64,000 nt of DNA from Nemertoderma westbladi. Lineage: Eukaryota; Animalia; Xenacoelomorpha. Below, in pieces: positions 50,206-61,106 of the stretch. The position numbers and the translations under genes are program-made. The notes below the pieces were generated by a model. It was not told the DNA's origin, ran no database searches, and was given only the letters and a program-made list of their open reading frames with translations. Within the stretch, counting starts at the first letter, position 1, and every line of letters starts with the position of its first letter. The stretch is taken from NCBI GenBank assembly GCA_032718475.1, contig JAUCBJ010008100.1:1-64000 (forward strand). Direction: 5' to 3'.

Positions 50206-51779
50206 CCCTATTAGTACCGGGCTATAAAATGTTGTACAAATACCGGGGGGGGGGGGGGGGGGGGTCATATTGACCCCCCCCTCTAAATATCTACAAATAT
50301 CTACAAATATTTACGAAAACGTCTGATTTTTTGTTTGTACGTAGGTATCACTTGTCTGGATCCGACCGAAAAAAAAAATTTTCGAAAAAATGTACTGGGG
50401 TGGTTATATTGCAGCACCAAAATTACAAGTAGTGCACAATTTTCACAAAATTTGAAAGTTACATTTTCGGCTAATTATTTTTCAATACAGGTTTTCTGGG
50501 GTGCAAAATACATTGGAAAATATTTAAAAATGATATGATTGCTCTAAATGGCTGTTTAGTCCTCTCTGCGTAGGAAAAAAATGAAAAAAACAAGTAACCA
50601 GCACTTTTCAGTTAGAACACAACATTTTTAATTCACTTATACGATGCTATAAATTCACGTTTTCAGGTTTTCGAGGGCGCTGATTCTAATGGAATACATT
50701 TCTAATATGCCAGATCATTGCTACTTGTATTTTTCGGCGTAATTTGGCAAATTTTGGTGGTAAGCACAAAATTTCGTACCCATCACCAAAAAGTACAAGT
50801 TATGCGATGTCCAGTGCTGTTTTTATTGATTCCATCGGATTCAGGACCCTCATAAACCCGTATAACGCAAGAAACAAGTTGATACTATCTACTGATCAAT
50901 TTGCATATTTTCCAAAATTTGGTGCTGGCACAACAATTTTCACCCACCGGCGAAAAATACAAGTTTGAGAACTCTTATGAAATTTTTACTGATCCCATTG
51001 AATTCAGAACCATCACAAACCCTTATAACGCAAGAAACAAGGTGACACAATCAATTGATATATTTGATGGTTTTCAAAATTTGGTGCTAGCACCACATTT
51101 TGCACCCACATCCGAAAAATACAAGTTTGAGATGTCTAGTTCGATAATTATATATTCCATTGAATTCAGAACAGCCATAAACCTCTAAAACGCAAGAAAT
51201 AAATTGTCACAAGCAATTTTATCTATTGAATGGATTTTCAAAATTTCATGCTAGTACCAAAATTTGCACACAGCACCGAAAAATACAAGTTTGATACGCT
51301 TGGTGCAACTCGTATATATTTCATCGAATCCAGAACCCCAAAAAACCCCAATTGCGTAAAAAACAAGTTTCAAACAATCAATTTACAAAATTGACATATT
51401 TCAAAATTTGGTGCTGGCACCAAAATTTGGCACCCACCGAAAAAAACAAGTTTGAAATTTCTAAATCAATTTATATGAATTCCATCTAATTTCTAACACC
51501 AAAAAACCGGTGTAAATCAAAAATAGAGATGTTACAATTCATATTTAATGAAATGTAATTTTCAAAAAACGTCTCAAAAAAAGTGCCAAAAGTAGGGTTA
51601 AAAAATGGTGCTATAACTCGAAAAGTACCCAATATTTTTGAAAACGGTTTTCACTACTAGGAAGACAATAGATTTTTAGGAAAAGTCATAAAATTTCAGA
51701 TTCCCAACTGCGTTTGTTTCAGAATTATAATAAAAAAACCACGGGGGGGTCATATTGACCCCCCCCGGGTTTAATAGGG
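50206..51779. mobile_element. Non-autonomous piggyBac-type element in the outer element leader
   Basis: TTAA TSD (50202-50205, 51780-51783); CCCTATTA...TAATAGGG termini; subterminal palindrome GGGGGGTCATATTGACCCCCC at both ends; the empty site is seen in the inner element at about 28490-28515. Confidence 0.9.
50745..51540. repeat. About 5 diverged copies of a ~162-bp unit inside the piggyBac-type element
   Basis: CAAAATTTGGTGCT-GCAC...AAAATACAAGTTTGA recurs near 50750, 50913, 51075, 51240 and 51402. Confidence 0.8.
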
Positions 51780-53203
51780 TTAAGACCTAATTGATGGATA
51801 ACAGGCCTACTATTTTATAAATCGGTTTGAGTTGATTTATAATATATATATACCCGTATAATCGGTTTTTGTCAGTGTTTGAAATAAATGTTATTATTTC
51901 TGGGTAAGGAGTCACTACACAGAAGCTGGATGCTCTCAGTGGAGTGCTACTTGTTGGACACTAAAACAAATAATTCTACTTTACTAAGTTACTTATTACT
52001 ACAAATTACGTACAATTACTATATGAGATTACAATCTCTAAATAAACACCAAAATAATTACACATACAAATTTTAGGGTAATTTTACAGGAATATCTATA
52101 AACCAGACTAACAAGGAGTTAGAATTTCTGGTTATTACAAGCGGACAGGATACTATGGTATTTGAAAATAATAAAGCAGTAGAAAATAAATTGCGTTGTC
52201 TAGATAAGAAAATACCACCGTCTGACGACTTATAGTCTTTAGCTCTACAGCTCTATAAGTACTACGTTATGTACCCGGAGTGTCCTTACCTAGAAGTTAA
52301 TTACCGCAGCCAACCAGAGCTAACGTGCCTATTAACCACTTTACAACACAAATATACTGCCTACACACTAATTACTTTCGGAAAGCACTGTACACTAAAC
52401 CCTAAATTAGGTACAAGTACTTATATAACAAATAACCAGCAGTTAAACATACTTGTACAGCTAAAAGAACCACGGTATCTGCTGGAGTGACTAGAGCATA
52501 AAATCACCAGTCTTTACCTACGCCAAGCAGCCCTGATGTAGTACCGGGGTTAATTTAACTATAACGTTATGTATAACAAGCACAATTACTGTAGGAATAA
52601 ACTTGGGGAGTTTTGTAGGTTGCGAATAATCGCATAAACTCTGAATAATAAATATTACGCTACCCGTGCAGACTGCACAAACAAAATACAGACCAAATGC
52701 TGGCAGACTACTGGCAAGCCTAAATAAACTACAGTATATGCAGACTCCGAAATGGTTAGTTAGTATGCGTTCTAACCGAGTAGTACGACTTATTCTTTCG
52801 GGGGGGATTTACCTTACAGCACTGGATGCCCCCACATTCCTAACTAGTACTTTATCGGACATACACTCTACACACACTGCAATCTCTTCAGACCTGACAA
52901 CAGCCAGACAACAATCCAGCCTACAAATTATTTGTACAATTTGAGCGGGCTTACACGCCTTCTGCTCAATATTACACTTACAGATAAATATAACTGACAG
53001 AAATAAATAAGCTCCAAAAGAAACAAGGGGTGTACAGTCCCTAATCTCTTAAACAGCCTACCAATATACAATATCACAATCGAAATAATACTAGTACCTG
53101 TACTGCTGTAAGTACCGGTTCGGGTGATTAGGTAGTTAGGCCTACAGGTTACCGTCCGACCAGTACACTAGACTTTATTGCCTACGTCGCAATAAAGAAA
53201 CTA

Positions 53204-53213
53204 AAATCTATTA
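53204..53213 (-). promoter_or_regulatory. Non-tRNA primer-binding site of the outer element, complementary to LTR 54793-54802
   Basis: Element-sense TAATAGATTT, 1 nt after the LTR end, pairs with element-sense AAATCTATTA in the LTR. Confidence 0.7.
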
Positions 53214-53214
53214 T

Positions 53215-55203
53215 TGTTCGCGCTTTTAGACCTTTAGCAGTTTAACCTGCCAATTTTAGGTGTCCTCTTGTTTATAAATCGACTTTAGCCTATAACAATT
53301 GTGGCTGGCCACGAGAAAAGGGACCTTATGTCACTGGAGGTCGATTTTGAGTTATTAGGCCTATGAGATGCAGAATTTTCCAGAAATTCTAACAAAAAAA
53401 ACGGTGTCTCAATATCTATTTCCAAAAAAAAGTTATAGCGATTTATGTGAAGGTGAATCGGGTAGTTTTAATTTTATTAATAGCAGTTATAATAAGCGAT
53501 TATTAAAAAAAATGGAAAAGATTAATAATATCATAGCATTCTAACTATATAGTTAGGCAGCTCAATGTTATTCGGCGTTTTATACAACTTTTAACACTTT
53601 GAAACTATTAATATTGTTCATGAACTATTTTAAAAAAATTTTTGCAAAATTTTCAAAAAAACATGTAACCAAAAAAATTTTTTTTTTAATTTAAAATTTT
53701 TCCAAAAAGATAAATATTTTTAACAAAATTTAAAATTATTTGTATTTTGAATTCTTTATTGGGATTACAAAATTTAAAAACTAACGAAGATAAATTAAGA
53801 AAATGACAGCCATATTGCATTTAAAAAATAACTGTAGGCCTACAGTACCTACATATTACAGTAGTACAATTACAATTTTATTACAGTCCTAAATTCAGAC
53901 ATGAAAACCCTAAGACAGTGTTATATACAACACTGCAACATCTTATATTGCTTCCTGTAATTAGTTATTTCCTAGGTATATTGAATATCAGAACCAATTT
54001 GAATTTCCCTCATCGTTTTATACATTTTAAATTGATAATCCAATTAAATTTGTTCAAAAATAGAGGGAAACTTTAAACGCGATTATCTCAGAATCAGGTT
54101 TTGCGACATAAGGTCCCTTTTCTCGTGGCCAGCCACAATTATTTAATGCACATGAAGTAACATTAGCCGAAGCCAGTCTGTGCGCGATCATTCACCCACA
54201 GTTAAGGGAGACTGGATTCGGATGCTTTGAAGGGATTGTGGTGCAGACCTACGGTATTATTCGATTGATCGTTACTATATAATCTCTGACAATATTATTC
54301 ACTTTCGGGGAAATATTAACAGTTCCTTTAGGACGTGGCGCTTTAAGTATAAAACAGAGTTATGACTTATACTAAACACAATGAGATGGCTACTGATTTT
54401 CGTAAATGGCGCATTCTTTAGGAGATGCTTTATTATCTGTCACACTGCTGCATACGACTTTACACTGCTGCACACTGATCTGCCGACCGTCACTGAATTT
54501 GATCATATATAATGAGGATAGCAACTGACACATGTAGGGATTATGAAATAGCATTTAATGCACACTAAAACCACTGTAATGTAAGTCGCAATTGCTACCG
54601 GTAACAGGTCCCTCTTACCTTCAGTAATCAAGAAGATTGGGGTTTTATGATTATTTATCGATATTCTCCAAATATAACAACATATCCAACAACATATAAC
54701 AATTAATAACCGACAGTAAACAGAAGTAAAATAATGCGGTGAAATCAGTTCAGCAGTTTGAGTTGGGTTGTGACCGTTGCAATATGGACTGTTAATAGAT
54801 TTACGTTCCTATAATCAAAGCCGTCTAATGTTTGGCTAAAGTCTGAAACTTACAGAAATTTCCAAGCCGATGTTCTGAGGCTCAGGAAAAGGTAAACAAA
54901 GACCGTAATGCATAGCGCGGTCTTCCGTAGGCTTCTGTCCAAGATAAAATGAAAATCGCTCTGATTGGCTGAGCGAGCTGAACAAAGAGGTTCCACATCG
55001 ACAGGAAATCAGCTGACAGATTTCGTCATCTGAACTACCATCCTTTAGAGTATTTGGCGTATTGCGGCATAAAATGGCTTGTTATGTCCGCTAAAACACC
55101 TACAGGGTACATTGCGGAGAAAATGGCTTGTTATGTCTGCTAAAACAACTAAACAGTTCATTGCGGAGAAAAATGACTGGTTATATCCGCAAAAGCTTTT
55201 ACA
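53215..55203 (-). repeat. 5' LTR of the outer element (1149 bp plus MITE insertion)
   Basis: Direct repeat of 22705-23853 once 840 bp of insertion plus TSD is removed. Confidence 0.97.
53301..54136. mobile_element. MITE with perfect 32-bp TIRs and AATT TSD (Sola1-like)
   Basis: GTGGCTGGCCACGAGAAAAGGGACCTTATGTC inverted at both ends; AATT at 53297-53300 and 54137-54140; the other LTR shows the empty site. The superfamily call rests only on the AWWT TSD. Confidence 0.88.
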
Positions 55204-55208
55204 ATGCC

Positions 55209-56310
55209 CAAGCCTGGCGCCAAGTTTCAACTGTAAAGAATCAATTACAGTCAATTTCAAGAGATTTCGTGACACTTGAGGACACTGCCAATCAATTTGT
55301 CTCACAGATAAACTCGAAACTAGAAGATTTGAACTCTGATGTTATCGTTAGCAGTACTTTTCTAGAGAAACGTTGCCGAAAAAAAGAAAAAAATGCCTGG
55401 CGAAATGGCAAGCGATGAACCAAAAGATCCAAAGGATGAGTTCAAAGCAAGGGTCTACAATGTTGTTATAGATACGGCTATTAATCAAATTGTTAACCGC
55501 TTTTCCGAACATGGAAAATTGTATCAGAGCTTAGAACTCTTAGATCCAAAGAACTTTGGAAAAATATCTTCAAATAATGAACTATTGAGAGTAGAACACT
55601 TAGAAGGATTTCTCACCATCCTTCCTGATCTTGATTTGAACAGATTTAGAAGTGAACTTTCCCAATTTGCCAATGAATGGTCCCTACTCAAACAACCTAC
55701 GATTCCATACAAACCAATAACTGATGTCGATGAATGTGATGACGATATATGTGTGGAACATCCTGGGAAATGCCTTGGCGACTGCCTCGTCGGTTGTTTA
55801 AAGGTTATGGTCGAATATAATTTTTTCTCCTCGGCATATGAGACTCTCTGCATGCTTTACAGAACAGTTCTAACTCTACCCATGACCCAGGTAATTTGAG
55901 ACAGATAAATATATACATCATTTGTCTTAATATAATTCACCAATAATAATAATATAAATACATTATGTAAAATTTACAAATAGAATTATAGAAAAATAGA
56001 GTTTGTTATAAAATATTGAAACTGAAACTAATTACTGAAGCTAAGTTGAGTAGCCTACATAATTATTACCTGTATTCTTTTGTAGGTAATTTTATTAATT
56101 GTAATAACTAAATTTTATTTTATCAGGTTTGCTGTGAACGAGGCTTCTCTCAGTTGAAACTTATTTTAACTCGTCTACGCAGTACGTTGACTCAGAACAT
56201 TTGGAGGCATTTCTCCTGATGAAATTAAACAGGTGTTGGACTGAGGAAATTGAATCATCGGTTATAATTGAAAAACTTTGCGAAGGAAGATTAAAGCCTT
56301 GCTACAATTA
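55209..56310 (+). pseudogene. hAT transposase, C-terminal part with dimerization domain and one intron (55891-56126)
   Basis: QAWRQV...; FKARVYNVVID...RF; LTLPMTQ|GT...AG|VCCERGFSQLKLILTRLRSTLTQ. Confidence 0.9.
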
Positions 56311-56351
56311 TAACTAAATCGAAACTCCGCGTTAAAAAGTGTAAATAATAT

Positions 56352-57761
56352 TGTAACACGACGTTTACAAAGCTGCATATACTCTTGTAACACGTGGCTT
56401 TTTACTAAGCTGCAAATAATCTTTAACATGAGACGTTTACCTAGCTGAATATAATCTTGTAACACGTGTTGTTTATTAAGCTGCATATTATCTTGTAACA
56501 CGTGTTTTTTACTAAGCTGCATATAATCTTTAACACGAGACGTTTACCTAGCTGCATATAATCTTGTAACACGTAGTGTTTACTAAGGTGCATATAATCT
56601 TGTAACACGTATTGTTTACTAAGGTGCATATAATCTTGTAACACGTATTGTTTACTAAGCTGCATATAATCTTGTAACACGTGGCTTTTTACTAAGCTGC
56701 ATATAATCTTTAACACGAGACGTTTACCTAGCTGCATATAATCTTGCAACACGTATTGTTTACTAAGCTGCATATAATCTTGTAACACGTATTGTTTACT
56801 AAGCTGCATATAATCTTGTAATACGTAGTGTTTACTAAGGTGCATATAATCTTGTACCACGTATTGTTTACTAAGCTGCATATAATCTTTAACACGTGAC
56901 GTTTACCTAGCTGCATATAATATTGTAACACGTGTTGTTTACTAAGCTGCATATAATCTTGTAACACGTATTGTTTACTAAGGTGCATATAATCTTGTAA
57001 CACGTATTGTTTACTAAGCTGCATATAAATTTTAACACGTGACGTTTACCTAGCTGCATATAATATTGTAACACGTGTTGTTTACTAAGCTGCATATAAT
57101 CTTGTAACACGTGTTGTTTACTAAGCTGCATATAATCTTGTAACACGTGTTGTTTACTAAGGTGCATATTATCTTGTAACACTCTATTGTTTACTAAGCT
57201 GCATATAATCTTTAACACGTGACGTTTACCTAGCTGCATATAATATTGTAACACGTGTTGTTTACAAAGGTGCATATGATCTTGTAACACTCTATTGTTT
57301 ACTAAGCTGCATATAGTCTTTAACACGTGACGTTTACCTAGCTGCATATAATCTTGTAACACGTGTTGTTTATTAAGCTGCATATTATCTTGTAACACGT
57401 GTTTTTTACTATGCTGCATATAATCTTTAACACGAGACGTTTACCTAGCTGCATATAATCTTGTAACACGTATTGTTTACTAAGGTGCATATAATATTGT
57501 ACCACGTATTGTTTACTATGCTGCATATAATATTGTAACACGTATTGTTTACTAAGGTACATATAATCTCGTACCACGTATTGTTTACTAAGCTGCATAT
57601 AATATTGTAACACGTATTGCTTACTAAGGTGCATATAATCTTGTAACACGTATTGTTTACTAAGCTGCATATAATCCTGTAACTCGTATTGTTTACTAAG
57701 CTGCATATAATCTTGCAACACGTATTGTTTACTAAGCTGCATATAATAGCTGCATATAATC
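56352..57761. repeat. Tandem array, 36-bp unit GTAACACGTATTGTTTACTAAGCTGCATATAATCTT with 35-bp variants, about 39 copies
   Basis: Directly visible; no unique spacers; lies in the hAT 3' subterminal region. Confidence 0.97.
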
Positions 57762-57885
57762 ATTATTCAAGAAATATTTTTTACATGATGATGGGGGGGG
57801 GGGGGGGGCGTGGGTGGTCAAAATTATAGGTGATCTGGCATTTATAAATGGGCCCTTATTTTGGGATTTCCCGGGCCCCTCACTT

Positions 57886-57903
57886 GTTCCCACCACGCCA
57901 CTG
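57886..57903 (-). mobile_element. Probable right terminal inverted repeat of the hAT element
   Basis: Reverse complement reads CAGTGGCGTGGTGGGAAC, a typical hAT CAGTGGCG terminus; no matching left TIR was found. Confidence 0.5.
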
Positions 57904-57964
57904 CCACCCCCCCCCCCCCCCCCCCCCCCCTGAGAGACGGGGAGTCGGGTTTTGCGTATAATTT

Positions 57965-59215
57965 ACCTGCTTTTTGTCATATCATATTATCAGTGAGGTT
58001 GAAGGGGTTCAGTACTAATCCGTCTGGTCTGGTATTATATAATAATGAAACCTCAGACGAATTAGTAAATAGAAAGTATAGTGCAGAAGGAGAAGATTTA
58101 CATTTGGTTAGATTAAAAGACTAGAGGAATACTGATAAAGGTGACAGTAATGTATCATTTTATTTACCTTAGTTATTATTCGGCATCTGGGCAAATATTT
58201 ATTATGTTATGTAATATAAGGATTTATTTCATAGAGAGAACAGAAGTTCGAATAATATTTTTATATAATAATTGTAATATGAAGTTAGCTTAGTCTTGTC
58301 CTTTTTTGAGTGTAAAGAACAGTTTGTTAACGTAACTCCAAAATATAAACGACTTTCTTTCTTTCATAATATTTTGCATTATTGTGTCCATTTATATTAT
58401 AAAAACATGCTCAGGGTAGGTGGTTAGTGAGAAAAATCGAAAATTATGTCGCAATAAAATTTGTAAGACAGTAGTATGACACTTTTAGAAAAGATTACAT
58501 TGAATATGTAGGAATAGCGCTCGTAAGTGGTGGTGATGTGGGTGGAGTCACATCACACAGGAAGAATCTACGGTTACGAGAAACAGTTTTAATGGCCAAA
58601 GGGTGTCTGGATAGTGTAGCGCCGATGGGGTCCAGGCTCGAAAATGGTCCCCATATAGTCCCAATTGTGGGAGCGTTGTCCTGGACCATAACAGGATGTG
58701 TTGCAAGAGGTGGGAGGTTGTGGACCACCTTATATTCGGTGATTCTAGAGTGGTGTAGGGGAGGCGTAGTGGTGTACCGTCTGCAGATGCCATATGGTGG
58801 TCAGTGTGGTGCTGGAATTTTGGAACTATGGTACGCTGGAATGTGAGTCCATAGTGGGTGGCCATTAGACGATTTACCCATAGCTCGAAATCTTTTTAGG
58901 ACCTCCCAGAGGGCCGTGATGATCAAGGAGCCAATACAAGCATAAAAGGCTGGCCAGAAGAATTTCCAGGTTGCTATACCAGCAACTGGGCATTGGAGAG
59001 TGGCTGTGTCGCTGCCTGTTTCAATTTGACTGATTTTTTGTAGTTGTGAGTATTCCTCGAATTTCTCTCATTTGGCTTTTATTATTTGCTCATATTGTTT
59101 TCGGAGGTCCCAGTATTATTTTTGTTAGAAATAGATGACATTAGAGTTTGTTTGGTCTGTATCTCACTCTGTGGGACACAGTCGGTCTGTCACTCAGCAT
59201 CATACAATTATTTAC
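57965..59215. repeat. Block homologous to 4990-6080
   Basis: See 4990-6080; also 60515-60720 matches 11798-12040 and 61025-61105 matches 13680-13750. Confidence 0.75.
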
Positions 59216-61106
59216 CAAGGTGGGGTTGATGAGATTATCGACTGGGTTCCTTCGATTGCTGGAGTTGGTGATCAGTGCTCCATAAATATCGGATGGGATT
59301 TCATGGTTATAGACTGTGGTTTGTACACTACATTGTTTGAAGCAGAAATTTCCGAAAAAGAAAATTCCGTATCAATATTTAAACTTCCCGGAGATCCGGG
59401 ATCATTGCTTATTCCCCAGATCAATGGTCACTGTTATGTGGAAGCTTATGGATGTCGAATTATCTCGTGTAGCTATTGGCAACATTCCATCGCTACGCAG
59501 AAAATATTTGATATCAGATGGATTCGCGGCTGGGTTACATCTTTTAATATGGATATGTGCTTTTCTAACTGGTACTAAAGCAATGCGGCACATATACTGT
59601 AGTACCACCTACAGGACTCTTTAAACCTCTAAGTCGTAGGACAAAGAAGCGCACCTAACCGTCTGTATCAAATCTGGTCCCACCCCGTTTGGTCCCAGAC
59701 GGTAACCTGGTGTTTTGCACTGTTTCCAATAGCGCGAAGCTGCACCAAGTTTATTACGACTTTTAACATTGTACATTTTTCAGACTTTGATTTCAACATA
59801 TTTTTGATAGACTTTTTGAGTATATTTTTCAGAGTGTTTTAGCATTACGAAACAATTAAAATACATTATTTTATGACGTACTATTTTTCGGTTACAATTT
59901 TTTGGATTGTATTATTTTTCGAGGCTATACTTTGGATCCTAACGGACCTAAAGCACCCCTCACCCGGTTTCTCTTTTTCCCTCTTCCCAGAAGTTTTTCA
60001 ATGTTGTTACGTATACCCTACCCTATTTTTATACCAAAAGGAAGGAATATAACATCTGGAGAGAACAGAAATGATTAGTACTATCTTGAAAGGGTTGTGG
60101 GTGGATGTCCGTAAATAACAAGTCATTTAAGAACCTTGTATTATTGCAAGGTATATTTCAAGTCAGTCTTGTCACCGAGAAACCAAAACAATAAGGAAAG
60201 TGTATTAGCATTTGGGAACTTTTTTAGAGAAACAAAGCCGTTTTAGGAGCTTATCGTGCCAGAGGTACGATAAGCACGAGAAATCCATTACAAAGAATAG
60301 GTCTACATTAATTGAAATCGCAAAGAATTGTTTTCGAATGACTTCATCTGTTTATATTTAGAAGGACGCGGTGACTCACTGAAAATACATAGTAAATGTA
60401 TGGCGTAGGGAAATATATCGCCCTGGCGATTTGGTTGTGCGAAATTTTTTCCATACAAATAAATATAAACTAATTATTATACACCAAACAATGTATTGGT
60501 GAAGTCCAACATAACATATAGGATTACCCCTAAAGCTTTGAAGCTTATTTCAACACAAAATCACTACAATAACAAAAACTAATATAAAACGTAATTATGC
60601 TATGTACAACTTCACCGAGAGCGTGACAATGCCAGACTCAACGATAAAGGTGTAACTAGTTATAAAACGTAATTAGGGTACATAGTAAATGTTTAATAAC
60701 CGATTAACTTACTGTAGAACTATTGTATTTAGTTTTACACTGCACACGGAAATGAGATTCAACTGTCGATTTAAAACAATGTTGATAATTTAGGTTTATC
60801 ATTTCAACATTCAGTTTAATTTCTTTTGTACCAACACTACTTCATTCTATATTTTATCAAAGTATTAAACAGCAAAAAAGTACCAATCAATTTAAGAATA
60901 AAATTACGTATTACATGCAAAAAACAAAGAAAATTATTTTTCAATATTTCTCGCTACTCTTTATCAAACTCAATGACGCTCGTAAATGAAATACATCGAA
61001 AATATATATAAAAAAGTACATCCCAAGTAATAAATAATTATTTTTACTTTATTATTAATGAAACTAAATTTATAGAATCAATCAAGTTTAATTTAAATAA
61101 CTGCTG

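Larger units (their letters stand above)
22705..55203 (-). mobile_element. BEL/Pao LTR retrotransposon (outer element, full length, disrupted ORFs, extra ORF3)
   Basis: TG...CA LTRs of 1149 bp; 5-bp TSD ATGCC (22700-22704, 55204-55208); removing it restores the hAT frame MDYA|QAWRQ; gag-PR-RT-RH-IN order with a BEL triple zinc knuckle. Confidence 0.97.

Noticed and set aside
53147-53163. TGGTCGGACGG about 52 nt after the outer 5' LTR as a tRNA PBS
   Set aside because: Too far from the LTR end, and the homologous inner position reads CGGTCAACCGG without TGG.
56352-57761. 36-bp repeats resembling a CRISPR array, and the ORFs within them
   Set aside because: Units are contiguous with no unique spacers, there are no cas genes, and the context is eukaryotic.
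58495-59624. Several 70-150 aa ORFs
   Set aside because: No recognizable domains and not conserved as ORFs in the homologous 5-6 kb block.
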